Translations under genes and position numbers: made by a program | The notes under the pieces: model-generated | Database searches by the model: none | What the model was told of the DNA's origin: nothing | Seen by the model: only the letters and a program-made list of their open reading frames with translations | Part shown: positions 20,930 to 37,901 of the stretch, in pieces | Layout: each line of letters begins with the position of its first letter | How positions within the stretch are numbered: position 1 is the stretch's first letter | Origin: the human T2T-CHM13v2.0 reference genome, Homo sapiens | Strand: one strand, 5' to 3' | NCBI RefSeq assembly: GCF_009914755.1 | Contig: NC_060927.1 | Length of the DNA: 64,000 nucleotides

Positions 20930-21800
20930 TCTCAGATCGCACGGGCATGCCGCGCAGATGGGCTTCTGAGCAGCTCAGGGCCAGCCAGAGGTCTGGCGAG
21001 AAGGGCGTAATTAAACGAACCCGCGCCGGTTTCCTCAGGGCCCCCCGGGGCTCCGCTTCGCCCCAGCGGGCCTCGGCGGGGCTGGGAAACCGGCTGAGGT
21101 TCGCCTCACGGTGGGGAGGAGCGACGGGAGGCGGAAGCCCTTCGGTCCGGGCCCCGCCCCCGCACTCGCCCTCGCCCCGCCGCGACTTCCCATTCGCCGC
21201 CAACCCATGTGCGTTGGTGACGTCACCGCGTTCACCAGCCCGGAAGTGCGCGTGGCGGCGGTGGCGGCTGCGGCAACAGCGGGGCCGGTAAGCGGGCGCG
21301 CGCCGCTCAGAGGGGCAGAGTTGGTGGCGTGAGTTGCTGCCCCTTCCTTCCTGCTGTGGGCCAGAGGCGCCACCGCGCCCGGTCCTCGAGGAAGACGGGA
21401 GCGGGACGTGGCGAGAGGCCTCCTCAGCAGTGGGCAAAATAGCCCCGACGCGGAGGTCGTGTCCCCGCCACGTTTCCGGCGACCGCAGGCGCGGATTCCT
21501 TGGCTTCCCTCAGCACTTTCCCCTCCGCGCGGACGGCCCCGAGACGCTTTTTCACTGGGCCTTGTCGCCAGCACCCGGCGTGGGGGGTGAGACGCGCCTT
21601 TTCAGGGCTGGGGTTCCCCAGAGCGTTTTCCTAAGTCGAGGCGGAGGTGCGAGGAAACTGAGTGGGTCTTTCCGCCCCACGTGGCCTGCCGGGAAGCGCG
21701 GCTCCTCCACCCGCTTCCGTGGAATGGAATGGTTTTTCTCTGCAGGTTTACACCGGGGTCACTCGAGAGCTGCTGCGGCCTCCTTATGGGCAGGACCCCC
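20930..21800. promoter_or_regulatory. TRNT1: TRNT1 CpG-island, TATA-less promoter with CRE, ETS/GABP site and GC boxes
   Basis: Very high GC and CpG density; GGTGACGTCACC at 21216-21227, CCGGAAGTG at 21240-21248, CCCCGCCCC at 21152-21160. Confidence 0.9.
21238..21287 (+). other. TRNT1: TRNT1 exon 1 (non-coding; TSS approximate). Possible alternative donor at 21328/21329
   Basis: Donor CCG|gtaagc at 21287/21288; second donor GGC|gtgagt 41 nt downstream. Confidence 0.8.
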
Positions 21801-22135
21801 GTTTGGGGAGAACGAGGATGTGATATGTAGAAGGGAAGGCCGCGGTGTGCCAGAAATCAGAGGAGATTGCAAGATGGCAGGAAAAGAATCAGGAAAATGG
21901 GGGCAGCAAAACTAAATTCATGGGAAAATACAATGTCTAGGAGCTATCCCAGGGTCGTGAATCCTCGAGTGCAGGTGGGGAAGTAGGGTGATACCCACCT
22001 GTGACCATGACAAGTTTTGGAGACCAGAAACTCGGATAGAGTTTCTAGAACCCCGCATCCCTCTCATACTGCCTGAAGCCCTGCTCTGGGGAGAGTGTCA
22101 TCACAGTACCATGTGGCATGCGAGTGTCGTGGTAA

Positions 22136-23117
<982 letters not shown>

Positions 23118-23330
23118 GTAAGTGCTTCTGGAGAACAAAACCAGGTAGATACATAGACCTAGTCGTAATCCCTCAAACTGACACCGTTTTCAGTTTTTTC
23201 ATCTGAACAAGAGATGAATTTCTGAGTTGATAAACTTGAAATGTGTCCCCCTTTGTTTTCCTTCACTTACCTTCACTTTTAATTTCATTGGTATGCCTGT
23301 GTATTTGCCTTGTAGATGTGTAGTTGGTGA

Positions 23331-23558
<228 letters not shown>

Positions 23559-23589
23559 TAAGCCAGCATTCGGATATTTTCATTGTTGT

Positions 23590-23890
23590 TTTAATTATTT
23601 TTATTAAAAAACGTAAGTAGAGGGTCTCTTTGTGTTGCCCGGGCTGGTCTCAAAACTCCTGGGCTCACTCCTTGGCCTCCCAAAATGCTGGGATTACAGG
23701 TGTGAGCCACGGTGCCCAATGTGCACGTTTTCATTGTTGGAAAAAAGGCTTGGCTGGGTGTACCCAGCCTGTAATCTCTTGGGGAGGCCAAGGTAGGAGG
23801 ATTGTTTGAGCCCAGGAGTTTGAGGCTGCAGTGAGCTATGATCATGCCACTCTAGCCTGGGCAACAGAGTGAGACCCTGTCTCAAAAAAA
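23590..23890. mobile_element. Two Alu monomers in head-to-head orientation (FLAM-like minus, FRAM/AluJ-like plus)
   Basis: ~23590-23718 reverse and ~23750-23890 forward. Confidence 0.8.
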
Positions 23891-24892
23891 GAGAAAGGAA
23901 TATTAAAAGAGAAAGGCTTACATATGGCTGATCCAAAAATATAGCTAAATCACTGGAAAAGGCAAGAAGTTGACTGCAGTAAAAAGCATGGCTTTTCTGT
24001 ATGCTGTGCTAAGTACTTGCCATTCATTACAGGACTGGTGCTACTAACTTAATGAGTACGCACATTTTGACCTGTTATGTGAAAAAGGAAACAGATTGTT
24101 AGGCATGTGAAGTGCTTTGACTGTGTTTCTGTAACTACTAACTAGAGAGCTAGGTTTCGAACTTACGCAGATTGATTTCAGAGCCCAGCTTGCAACCGCT
24201 AAGCTCTGTTTCCTTCCTAGGTATAAATGCTTTCCATGAGAACTGAAGGAAGAAGGAAATAGGAGTTGCCTCCATTGTGCACGTTGCAAAACCTGTCTGG
24301 AAGGAGCATAGGAAATGGCTTTAGCTAAGTGCCTGACTCCAGTAGCTTCTTGCTGTTGCCACAGTTTCATTAGTGTTGATTCTCAATGTTGTCTGCTGAT
24401 GTTGCTAAAGCAGCCACACAGTAGCATTACAAAGCCTGTGGGAATTTTAATAGCACCTTCATAAATATATTTAGTAGTATATGTAGAAATATGACCTATA
24501 CAGCACTGGCTATCTATTAGATTCACCTGGGGAGCTTTTAAAGCACACATGCTCGGGTTCTACCTGCAGCCTACTGAATTAGAATCTCTGGGTGGGATGA
24601 CCATCTATATTTTTAATAAAAGCTCCACAAGTTAATTCTGATGCACAGAAGATAGACGAACCATTACTTTAACATGACTCACCTTGTATTAGCTTATTCT
24701 CAAAGCTACTTTCCCATTCTTGAAATTGGATGATGGCTTTTTAGGTACGTGCCAGAGATAAATGGCCCAGAATATGTTGATTCTTTTAGATTGTTTTAGG
24801 CAGACTTTAAGTAGAGGGCTTAAATGCATGTTTGGTTTTGCCGATGCTTCACTATCTTTTTTAATTGGAGAGAGTGAAAATTGCTAAAAATT

Positions 24893-25535
24893 GCTGTCCA
24901 ATAGAAATTTATGAGCCCATATGTAATATAAACTTTTTTACTAACCACATTAAAAAGATAGAAATGGTGAAATAAATTTTAATAATTATTTTTGGTTCAT
25001 CTAATTTAATCCAATATATCTAAGATACTATCAGTATGAATTTTGTATAAAAATTGTTAATGAGGCCGGGCACAGTGTCTCCCACCTGTAATCCTAGCAC
25101 TTTGGGAGGCTGGACATGGTGGCTCATACCTGTAATCCCAGCACTTTTGAGTGGCTGAGGTGGGTGGATCACTTGAGCCCAGGAGTTTGAGACCAGCCTG
25201 GGCAACACGGTGAAACCCCATCTCTACTAAAAATATGAAAAATAGGCAAGCATACTGATATGTGTCTGTAGTCCCTGCTACTTGGGAGGCTGAGGTGGGA
25301 GGATCACTGAAGCCTGGGAGGGGGGCTTGCGGTAAGCCGAGATTGTGCCACTACACTCCAGCCTGGGCGACACAGACCGTGTCTTTAAAAAAAAAAAAAA
25401 ATTAATGAGATATTTTATATTCTTACTTGGAAGTCTTTGAAGTCTGGCATGCATTTAATACAGCACATCTGAATTCAGACTTACCACATTTTAAGTGCTC
25501 AGTAAGTACAAGTGGCTGCTGTTTGAATAGTGCAG
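24893..25535. mobile_element. MER33/MER3-like hAT element with nested Alu (25064-25400, +) carrying a duplicated 5' start
   Basis: gctgtccaatagaa start and aagtgctcag...gtggct...tttgaatagtgcag end; the Alu has two consecutive 5' segments. Confidence 0.65.
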
Positions 25536-25771
25536 ATTTTGAAGCTGTGATTTTGGGTTGAGTTGAAGCTTTTTTCTTTCTGTGTATGCCCTTCACAGCC
25601 CCCAATTTTTCAACTTCAATTGCAAGAGGCCTCTTGGAAGAAGGAGTAGTAATTAACTCTTGATGGCCTAACTCAGGTCATTCTGCATTTTTTGGAAATA
25701 AGGTTCTAAATATTGATTACTATAGTTTCTTGAACATCATTTTAACAATTGTGTTTAACGTTCTAAACCTG

Positions 25772-27020
<1,249 letters not shown>

Positions 27021-27576
27021 CATATACCTATTGAAGGAAAAAAAAAAAAAAACAAAAAAAAAACACTGGATTTTCTCCACCCTGAGAAATGAGGTCCTAA
27101 GGAAGTTAGAGCCTAAATGGTGTGGTAAGGTAGAGGTGGTGATTGCTTCCAGAGTCCTGTCCTTGAAGGACTGGCAAATGAGAACATGGATATATTCTAA
27201 AGTTGACTTTTTCTAGGCTACTGGAGAAGTGGCAAGAATGGAATCTTTTAGTGCAATGATCAACAAGTTAGAATGTCAAAGACTTGGGTGCCCTGGTAAA
27301 ATGTAATGTTCTGTATAAAATCAAAATGTACAAAAACACACAGCCTTTCTGATGGCTGCTATATAGTGATACTTGGAGTTTAAATCCTGTACCAATTTTC
27401 AAATCTTAATAGCTGCTTTGCCATGTGTAAAATTAGTTTTCAGTATGCAAGAATATGAGAGACTAGAATAGTGTATTATTGTCATATCATAAGGGTTTTA
27501 TAATTTGTCAGGTTATTTTATGTATCTTTTTGCTTCAGTACAATCATATGCTAGTGGCATAGAAGATTATTTCCCA

Positions 27577-27873
27577 GCTAGCTGCGGTAGCTCATGCCTA
27601 TAATCTCCCAGCACTTTGGGAGGCCGAGATGGGAGAATTGCTTGAGCCCAGGAGTTAGAGACCAGCCTGAGCAACATAGTGAAATCCCATCTGTACAAAA
27701 ATAATAATAATAAATTTAGCCAGTTACAGTGATGCACACCTGTAGTCCCAGCTACTCAGGAGGCTGAGGCAGGGGGTTCCTTGAACTTGGGGTCAAGGCT
27801 GCAGAGTGAGCTGTGGTGGTGCCACTGCACTCCAGCCTGGATGACAGTGAGACCCTCTCTCAAAAAAAAAAAA
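27577..27873 (+). mobile_element. AluJ
   Basis: Forward dimeric Alu with J diagnostics and an A tail. Confidence 0.88.
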
Positions 27874-30800
27874 ATGAGAGACTATTTTTCTGTCCTAGAG
27901 ATGAGGCTGAAGTTCCCAATGCAGACGATTTTTGCCTGAGCTAACAGCATTAATGGATGAGCAAGGACTTGTTTAGTCCTTTGGCTGTTGTCCACAGGGG
28001 GTGATAGCGCTCAGTGTTATGTGACGTCAGAAGGCCATCATGTTAAAATATAGCACGATAGGGACAACTGATCACTCTCTTGAAGTCCGGAGCTCTTAGA
28101 ACAGATGGTCTGTTTTTCTGTAGTAATGCTCACACCATGTCTTCCCACTCATAGCTCCCACTCACTGCCCCTTACCCCACCCCAGCCTCCAGTCGTCAAA
28201 ATTTAAAGCTGTAAAGGGAAGACGTTCATGAAAATTTAATTAAAAGTTAACATTAAAAAGAGGTGACAGTTATAAAAGTTTTCTGACACATTAATGTATG
28301 GTCTTTTGAATTGCTAATAATAATTAACAATTGCTTACTATCAGAGGTGGCATTTGGAGCAAATAAACGTAGTTTGGGGATGATGAGATTCTGCATTCTT
28401 TGACTTTTAGGCTTAAGTTTACAGTTAAATTTAGTTACATTAGGTGTTATTTTCACTGAATTATTTCATTGAATGTAGCTCGCAAAGTCTTTTGAAATGT
28501 TGACTGCCTCCCTGTTTCTGTAAGATTGAAGATATCAGTAACAGGAATAAATAAATCTTGAAGCTTGATAGTCCCTGCTGTTTTAGGCCAATGTGAAATT
28601 ATGCTTTTCTTATAATTTTTATGACTGCTCTTTCATATAGACAAATATGCCTTGATACGTCTTTCTCAGTTGTCTTAAATGTTATTTTAAAAATCCTGAA
28701 TGGCAAGGTTTTTGGAATGGTTTAATAACATAGGCTAATCAAAATGGTGAATATATTACTTTGAGTTCTGGATCTCTTTGTAATGCAGTTAGCTTACTGA
28801 GTAAATTTGAACTTATCGTTTTATTTTAGTAAAGCCAGCATGAGAATCTTAAAACAGTAGTTATCTGTATAAATTAAGCCTTGACCTTCTTCATCCCACT
28901 GTTTATAGTAAGTTCAAGTGAATGTAAAACTTGTCCTTTATTTGCTTGAATTTCAGAACAGCTACTTGATACCGTTTTAAGAAAACTTAAAAAAACCCAA
29001 TACTTACCAGTGAAGTCATTCTTTTTTTTAATAGTTAGAATATCATAATTCAGTTTAATTATGAGCCAGATTGGTATAAAGATGAATAAGATAGGTTTTC
29101 TACCCTGAGAAGTGGGGAGACAAAGACATAAAACAGGTAATTTTAATATAATTGGTATGTATAAAGATATGCTGTACTAGTCGCTTAGAAGAAATTCACC
29201 TAACCTTACCTTCAGGTGAGGCTTCCTAAAGTGAGTCACAACAGATAAGTAAGAGTGAGCTAGATCATTGTTTTCCAACTGGGTAGTTACCTCTTAGTGG
29301 GCCATGAAGTCAATTTAGTGGTCATGACCAGTAATTAAAAAAAAGAGAGAATAGAATAGATTGCATGGTACGAAGGGTAGGTTTTCTTTTATGATACTTT
29401 TGTTTGCCATGTAGACATACAAATTTTGGTGACTGCTATGTGAATGTCTTAGTGTGGGTTATGGGCTAAGAAGTGTGACAGCCAGCCACTGAGCTGGAGT
29501 AAGTTGGGGAGGTGTTTCAGTGAAGTGACTCACACAAGCAAAATTATGGAGGAAAACTGTGGGGAGAGTTTTGTGCAGACAGCTGGTACAGACAGTGTGA
29601 TGCAGAGTTTAGCAAGAGATGAGACAAATAGGTCATGGAAGCCTTTGGATATAGCACTGAGGAATTTGGGTACTGTGTTGTGAGTAGTTAGGAGGAGCAG
29701 TTAATGCGTAGCGTAATTAACCTAGTGTTTTAAATCCCTACGTCTAGATGGTGGAGGCTGGATTTAAGGGAGGTGATGTGGTCCCAGAAGTGGGCTTTGA
29801 TGGGAAATGTGGCATTAGGGGAATATGAACACTTCCCCTTGGGGAGAGCTTGTGGAAAAGATATCCTTAATTAAGTCAAGAGGGTAGGGAGCATTTGTTA
29901 CTTTTAAGTACATCATTTTAAGGAGTCTACAGAGAATGGGGCTGAAAAGATGTGGGAAGAGTAGGTGGAAGAGGAGTGTGGGCAGGACAGAAAACAGATG
30001 TTGAGGTAGGGATAGAGGATTCTGTTTTGAGTTGTGATTAGAGGTGCTGGAACTTTGATGTATGATGAGTTTAGTTGAATGCTCGTGTTGCTGTCTGCTA
30101 GCCAAAGACCAACAGGGACACAAGTTGGGTTGTTACTCCTGGCAGTGAGGAGCAACATGCTGAGTGAGGAGTAGCATGCTGACACTGGAGAACCTGGAGG
30201 TATACTCAGTAAGAGGGCTTTAGAAATGACTTCTTATAGGAGTTGGGCTTGTATTGGGTCATTTTGGAGAGCATTTAAGGTAGTAGAGCTTTGCAGCGGG
30301 TTAGATGCTCTCAGGAAGCAGAAGTAATTCTGTGATTGGGTGTCTTAATAATGGTTTCCTAGAAGTTGAGTACAGTTGTGAGACTAAACCTAATTGGTAA
30401 GGCACAGTCACTGTTACCAACTATTGTAGGGTGTATCATGGACAGTGTTCATGTTTCGTGTATGTTTAGGTGATTACAGAGTTGTCTTGATCGATCCATC
30501 GTGGTCACAGAATGGGCTTGTCTGATATTGATGTTTTGTGAAAATGTTTCTGTACCACAGACCCCAGGGCCTAATATTGTGGCAGGCTAGCTCCTGGATG
30601 CCATTCTCACTAGGTTCCATGTGGACATATGGATATAGTTATAGTGGATTTTGCCTTATCCTCTACATATAGAGGAGTCAGCTATGTAGTTGCTTATAGT
30701 TGTTCAGTGTTCAAATGGTTCTACCTAGAGCACAGATAGGAGTTGATTTTAGAATTATATACAGACCATTTCTTGAAGATTTTTAGCTATAAACATTAAT

Positions 30801-30949
30801 CATAAGTGGTATAGACTAATGTCTGATAGTTTCATGCGTGAACATCCTGCCTCAACATCTATCTGTAAACACAGAGAAATACAAGAACATGTTACCATTT
30901 CTAAAGTATGCACATAAATGGGGAAAAGAAAGCAGAATTGTTTAATTTA

Positions 30950-31257
<308 letters not shown>

Positions 31258-31564
31258 CTTTAGTCTTTAGTAATACTTCAAATTTATATTGATCACTTTG
31301 AGGCATTGTGGAATTCTGAATTATCTTCTGAATAAGCAAAGAATTCTGCAAGTTCTCTGTTTCCTGTTGGTCCTCAGAGGCACTCTCCTGTAGACAAGTC
31401 TTTTTACTTCTTTGGGCCTTGTTCTCATTTTTCATATGAAAAGCCTCAGTTAAATGAATCTCTGCTGTTCCAACTAGATGGAAAAGCCTTGTACTTTTGT
31501 GGTTAAAATAAACACATTGAAATAAAGAACTTGGGAATAAAAATCTTATTTTCTCTCATCTCAG

Positions 31565-31758
31565 AATTATTTGTCAAAGAGAATCACGAATTAAGAATAG
31601 CAGGAGGAGCAGTGAGGGATTTATTAAATGGAGTAAAGCCTCAGGATATAGATTTTGCCACCACTGCTACCCCTACTCAAATGAAGGAGATGTTTCAGTC
31701 GGCTGGGATTCGGATGATAAACAACAGAGGAGAAAAGCACGGAACAATTACTGCCAGG
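31565..31758 (+). CDS. TRNT1: TRNT1 exon 3 (motif A: GGAVRD and catalytic DID)
   Basis: [37 protein letters not shown]...HGTITAR; tctcag| and AGG|gtgagt; 194 nt. Confidence 0.98.
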
Positions 31759-34029
31759 GTGAGTCAAAAGTTTGACAGGTAATTACATTGCTTTTTTGGT
31801 AATTTTTAAAAACTTAATTTTCTCTAGTTAAAAGCAAATAACGAAAAGTCTAATAAAAAAGTCAGTCTCTTCTATGCCCGTCTTAAACCCTGCAGTCCTC
31901 TGTTCTTGCAGCCATGTTTACTTTTTATGTTACCTCTCCATTTCTAAAAAGACCTTTGTATGCTACGGGTATTTACTTTTCAGTTTTTACTATCCCAGTT
32001 TTAAGATGTGTTACGTATTGACTTTCCATAAGGGAAGATGATTTAGCTTTCTTACCACACCCTTCTCAACAACAAGCACGTATAATTCTCCTTCTTCTGT
32101 CTTCCTAGTATATTTATATCATAATTTTTGGTTAAGTCAATATTCAGGGTTCACGTTTATGACTCTGTATTGTTTACAGCCAGATTGTGGAGTATATTGT
32201 GATGACATTTCTTCTATTGGCATGTTTTTAAATTTTCCTGCAGTTAATGGCATTTTTCTTTTACATAAGCTTTCCATATACTACCAATTTATTCCTGCAC
32301 TCTGTGCCAGAGCTATAGAGTTCCTCTCAAAAGATTTAAACACATTATATCAAGTTTCAATTGGGTTTTTGGGAAACATCTTACCTGGTGCTGTCTTCCT
32401 GCTCCAATATGGACTTTTAGGAATTTCCTTGGCCTCTCTTTTTTGTTAAGCCTCCTGTTTCCTGGGTCCCATGTGCTGTTCTCTCTTGGCTTAAGCCCTC
32501 ATTTTAATAATCCAAAACCTGAGGAAGCCTTACACGTCTGAAAATGTTTTTATTTCACCTCCATGGTGGTTTGATAGTTACGGTTATAGAATTCTAGGCA
32601 GGGAATAATTTTTACTCAGAAATTTAAAGGTATTGTTTTCTAGCTTCCAGTACTGCCAGTAAGTCTAGTTCCATTTATATTTCTCTTTTGTTTAAAAACC
32701 TGATTGCCATTATTTCCTTTTGGAAGTCTTTCTGATCTTTTCATGTCTAATGTTTTTAATTTCAAGATGATATAACTTGTTTTGGATTTTTCACTTACTG
32801 TGCAGGGCACTTAGTGGGCCCTCATGTTTCTTTCATAATTTCATCCCTTTTGTTAAATGCTTTTTCCTTTGGAAACTCTTATTATTTGGATCCTGGATTG
32901 CTGGGACTGACCTTCTAGTTTTATCTTTTGTCTTTATTTTATATTCTCCTGTCTTACTTTCTATGAGAGTGCCTTAACTTCATCTCCCAGTCATTGTATA
33001 ATACTGACAACTTCTGTGGTCTTGTAGAATTTCAAGAGGTCTTTCTTAGTATATTTCTTTGGAAAGCTTCCCGTTCATGTTTCAGATGGAAGATCTTTTA
33101 TTTCTCTTAGGATATCTACTATAGTTATTTTGACAGTGTCTTTGTTTCCTCCGAGTGTTTTCTTTCAGGTTGGCTTTCCTTGAATTTGGGTGATGCTCTG
33201 TATCTGAGGGCTTTATTGTAGTTTTGCATGGGAAGTGTCAGCCAACTGGGACTCCCAGTCTAAGTCTCAGTAGGAGTTTTCATTAGGAGAAATCAGAGAA
33301 GAATACTCCAGTATTATGCCAGGGAATGAACCTGATTGTTAGCATCTTGAAACCAAGTAGGGAAAGGGATGAGGGTCATGTTAATTTTCACTTGAATCTT
33401 GTTTTCATTATGATGCTTCATTCCCATGAGCATCTGTGCCTGGTGCAACAAGTTCTGATTATTTTTGGTTGAACCTTTCTAGAGAATCAGTCCCTGGTTT
33501 TCTGCCTCATTAAGGGAGTCATTCTAGGTGGGTCTGATTATTTCTTAAAATGAGTTTCAAACAGTTTTCCTATTTCAAACCTTACCTTATTCTTTGCCTT
33601 CAGAGATACTTGTGCCTCAAATTCTTGAGTTCTGGAATTCTATAGTGAGAGATAGATGTAGCTTGTATTTAGAGAAGAGTATGTATCAAATTGAGAGAAA
33701 TCCTACAACAGACTTCTGGTGATCGTTAACGGCTTTCACTTCCTAAATAAAGACATTCCTAACTCTTGGCACATAAAACACTTTATTCTCTACTCCTAAA
33801 TGCTAATATGCTACCTGTCAGATATACTTTCTCTTTTACATATATTCCTCTTCCTCCACCGTGCCTTTGGTCATCTCTTCTCTTCATTTGAAGTTTTCCT
33901 ACCACACCTGCATGTACGAACCCTGCTGCTTTTTCAAGGCTTGGCACAGACGCCACCCTATCATGAAGTTACTCAGCTTCCCCAGCTGGAGGTAGTCTGT
34001 CTTCCCAAGATAGAGGTAACTCTTTATTT

Positions 34030-34333
34030 TAATTTCTTTCTTTCTCTTTTGAGACAGGGTCTCACTCTGTTGCCTAGGCTGGAGTGCACAGTGTGATCTC
34101 GACTCACTGCAGCCTCTGCCTCCCGGGGTCTAGCGATCCTCCCACCTCAGCCTCCCAGGTAGCTAGGACCACAGGCATGCACCACCACACCTGGCTGGTT
34201 TTTTTGTATGTTTGGTAGAGATGGGGTTTTACCATCTTGCCCAGGCTGGTCTTGAACTCCTGAGCTCAAGTCATCTGCCTGCCTTGACCTCCCAAAGTGC
34301 TGGGATTACAGGCATGAGCCACCACCCCCAGCC
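34030..34333 (-). mobile_element. AluJ
   Basis: Reverse Alu; TSD tttattttaatttc. Confidence 0.9.
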
Positions 34334-34809
34334 TTTATTTTAATTTCACTGGGGATTATCAGTAAGGGAGTTGCAAGATCTGTTAACTGTACTTATTCTT
34401 TATCAGTCTTTTGCTCAATGGCATATGTTCCATAAATTGACATTCACCTCTTTGCAAACTGGAGCTATTAAAAATATTTCTGATAATAGCTTGATTTGAA
34501 ATTGAAGAACAGTTTTGAGTTTGATGTGGAGTTTCTCCACATCACTTGGCAGAGGTGACATGTTTGTGTGTTAAACTCATCTTTTTTAATCATGATGGAT
34601 ATTTTTTTAAAAAAATCAGTCTTTTGATCTGTTTTTGAATAATGTGGATATCTTTCTGTTTCAATGTTTAGGTATGGTAGTTGACGTTAAAAAGACTATA
34701 ACTGTCAGGGCTTATAGTACCATCCCTTTATAAAGACAAAAACTTATTTTTTTCAATTCAGTAGTATGAAAACCTAATTTAAATGACAACAAAAACCCCA
34801 TGTATTTAA

Positions 34810-34968
<159 letters not shown>

Positions 34969-35106
34969 TAAAACCATATTGTGAGTCTATCAGAATGCCT
35001 TCTTTTCAAGTAAAACCTACATTCTGGAAATGTTCTTCAACTTGAGAAGTTGCATTAATTTCTTCTAAGAGATGGTTTAGCAGATTGCTTCAAAGAATAG
35101 TCCCTC

Positions 35107-35386
35107 GGCCGGGCACGGTGGCTCACGCCTGTAATCCCAGCACTTTGGGAGGCCAAGGCAGGCGGATCATGGGGTCAGGAGATCGAGACCATCCTGGCTA
35201 ACACGGTGAAACCCCATCTCTACTAAAAATATAAAAAATTAGCCGGGCGTGGTGGCGGCTGCCTGTAGTCCCAGCTGTTAGGCAGGAGAATGGTGTGAAC
35301 CCGGGAGGCGGAGCTTGCAGTGAGCTGAGATTGTGCCACTGCACTCCAGTCTGGGCAACAGAGCGAGACTCCATCTCAAAAAAAAA
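35107..35386 (+). mobile_element. AluY
   Basis: gagatcgagaccatcctggctaacacgg and gcggagcttgcag diagnostics; flanked by aaagaatag. Confidence 0.92.
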
Positions 35387-37901
35387 GAATAGACTCTGGA
35401 GCCAAAATCCCTGGGTTCAAATTCTGACTCCGTCACTCACTAGCCACAAAACAAAAACGTTAATTAATATTGGCTTCCTTTGTACAGCTGTTGTGAGGTT
35501 TAAGAGAGTTAATTGTAAATGCTTAGAACAGTGCCTGACACATGTACACACTCAGTCAGTGCTAACTTCTTAACTGCATATAAACATGATTTCAGGGAAG
35601 AGAAGTGCACACACACATGGTACATGTACATACTCCACACACATCTACACACACACACACCCAGGATCATTCTTTTTCCTTTGCACTATCTTTCATGCAT
35701 GTTTATTCAATCTTTCTTCTGCTTCCCTGGCAAACAATGGTGAATGACTTCAGCACTTTTTACTGCTGAGCCTACACACAACCTCAGATTCTTTTTTAGC
35801 ATTGTATTCTAGGAATCATCAATAATCAGAGTTGGTATGTAAGATGAAACCTATTTATTTCAGCTTAACTTTTTTGTTTAATGAAAGCACTGGGAATTAT
35901 ATGGGGGCTAGATACGAATTAGGTTAGTGTTTTGATACATTACTGATGCATCATATGTTGTACTTTAAAGTTAAGACAAGCCCTTTATGTTTAAGATTTT
36001 GGATTAAAAAAGGATGAAACATCCACTGTTCATAACCTAGTTTGTAGCAATAGTAGTGGTAAAAGGATGAAGTAATAGGATTTGCTTCATGCATAGATGG
36101 GCAAGAAGTTTATAAGCTAAGGTGGCATCTCTTGCTGATTACAGTAATGACAGATACAATTTCTAGGGTACCTACTGGGTTCTAGGTACAACATTGGGTA
36201 CCTGATATACTTTATTTCATTAAACTCTCAGAAAAACTTCATAAAGTATGTTAAGCCCACTTGATAGAAGAGGAAACTTGAGACTGAGAGATATTAAGTA
36301 ACTTAGTTTAAGTCACAGAGAACCATGATTTTGGCTTGTTTCCAAGGCCTAGGCAATATATGACCATAGAGAGCCCAATTGGTGCATTTTTCTCTCAGTT
36401 AATGTAGTCAGAGCTCCAGGTATTTATTTATTCTCATATTTACTCATAGAGGAAGCTGCTCCAAATAGTGCAATATAGAGTCTTGTCTAACTGGCTTCTC
36501 ATAAGCATACTGAAAGAGAGAAACTAATACTCTTTTTCAGTGTCCTAGTTTATAAAATAAAAGCTGTTCCTATTGGTACTATCATTTTCTGACATTTACT
36601 GAACCCTTATAACATGTCAGGCACTGTTCTGAGCACATTATGTAAATTTAATCTCCTGACAACCCTGCGAAGCAGATACTGCTATTTAACCGATGGTAAC
36701 TTGCCCAAAGTTGCACAGCTTGTAAAGTGTAGGATCAGAATTCCAACTCAGGCAGCCTGACTCCAGAGGTCACATTCTTAACCACTACATTATTCCCTGC
36801 AACTCAACCATATTTCATATTTTTATTTACTGTATTTTAAAAGGATGATATTCAGAGCAAAACAAAATACACACCAGTATGATGCTTACTAAGCTTTGTG
36901 TAGTTTTCTATCCTGGCTTTTTCCAAGCCTTATTGGATCAAGCATTCATAGTTCTGGCATTTATGGTTGGTTACTTTGCTTCCCAAACGCTTATTTTTGC
37001 TTTGATCATATTCCTATGATTTTTTCCTCCAAATTTTGATCTTGCCTTTAGGTTCCCCAGGGACGGTTACAAGTCTCTTCATTAGGAGAAATAACACCAA
37101 GATGGATATACCATATTATTTGCTACTTTGTGATCATATTTTTGCCTATTTACATATTTTCTTTTTATCATTTTCTTTTATGTCTTTTTGAATCTGGAGC
37201 CTTCGAAATTTGCCATGTATGTCAAGATGGTTCCCTTTTAAAAGTTACTATGCATATAAAACTATTAACAGCTTCGGAAGAGTTAAGCATTAAGTGTGAA
37301 CTTACCAATGTACTGTTGCTTTTGGGATAATCAAAGAACATTCAAGTTCAAACACAGCCAAGAGGTATTTTTGATAAGTAGTTGTCAGTGCCTCTTTTCT
37401 GTAATGCTACAGAGTGAAGTATCTCATAGATCACTGACCTCCCCATTTGGTGAGCTGAATGGTGTCTGTGTTTCGGCTCTAAATTCCTTTTTCTATTTTT
37501 TTAAGTCTCCATGGTAACCAACTGTCTTAGTTTGCCTGAGCTTGAAGTACTTCCTTGGATGTATGATTTTCAACTTTAAAACTAGGAATGTCTCAGGCAA
37601 ACCAGTATGAAGTGGTCACTCTACTAATTAATACTTGAGGTTTTATGTACATATATATAAAATTAGTTTTATGTCACTTTTTTCGTTCAACATATGAGAA
37701 CATTTGTTTATTACCATTTTTGTGAATGGCTAATAGATTAACATGGTTCAAAATTCACAAAGTTTTAAAGGCTCTACAGTGAAGTCTCCTGATCTGTAAT
37801 GAACAGGACTGCCCGTTTAACCACACCCTTGCTAACACTGTTATCAAGTGTTTGCATCGTTGCCGATCTGAAAGACGTTATCTTGGAAATGGGTATTTAC
37901 T

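Noticed and set aside
20853-21915. Overlapping 110-190-aa Arg/Gly/Pro/Ala-rich ORFs on both strands
   Set aside because: Expected from stop-codon scarcity in a CpG island; no recognisable domain.
30080-30610. Possible old ERV LTR in TRNT1 intron 2
   Set aside because: LTR-like composition, but I could not fix termini, TSD or family by eye.
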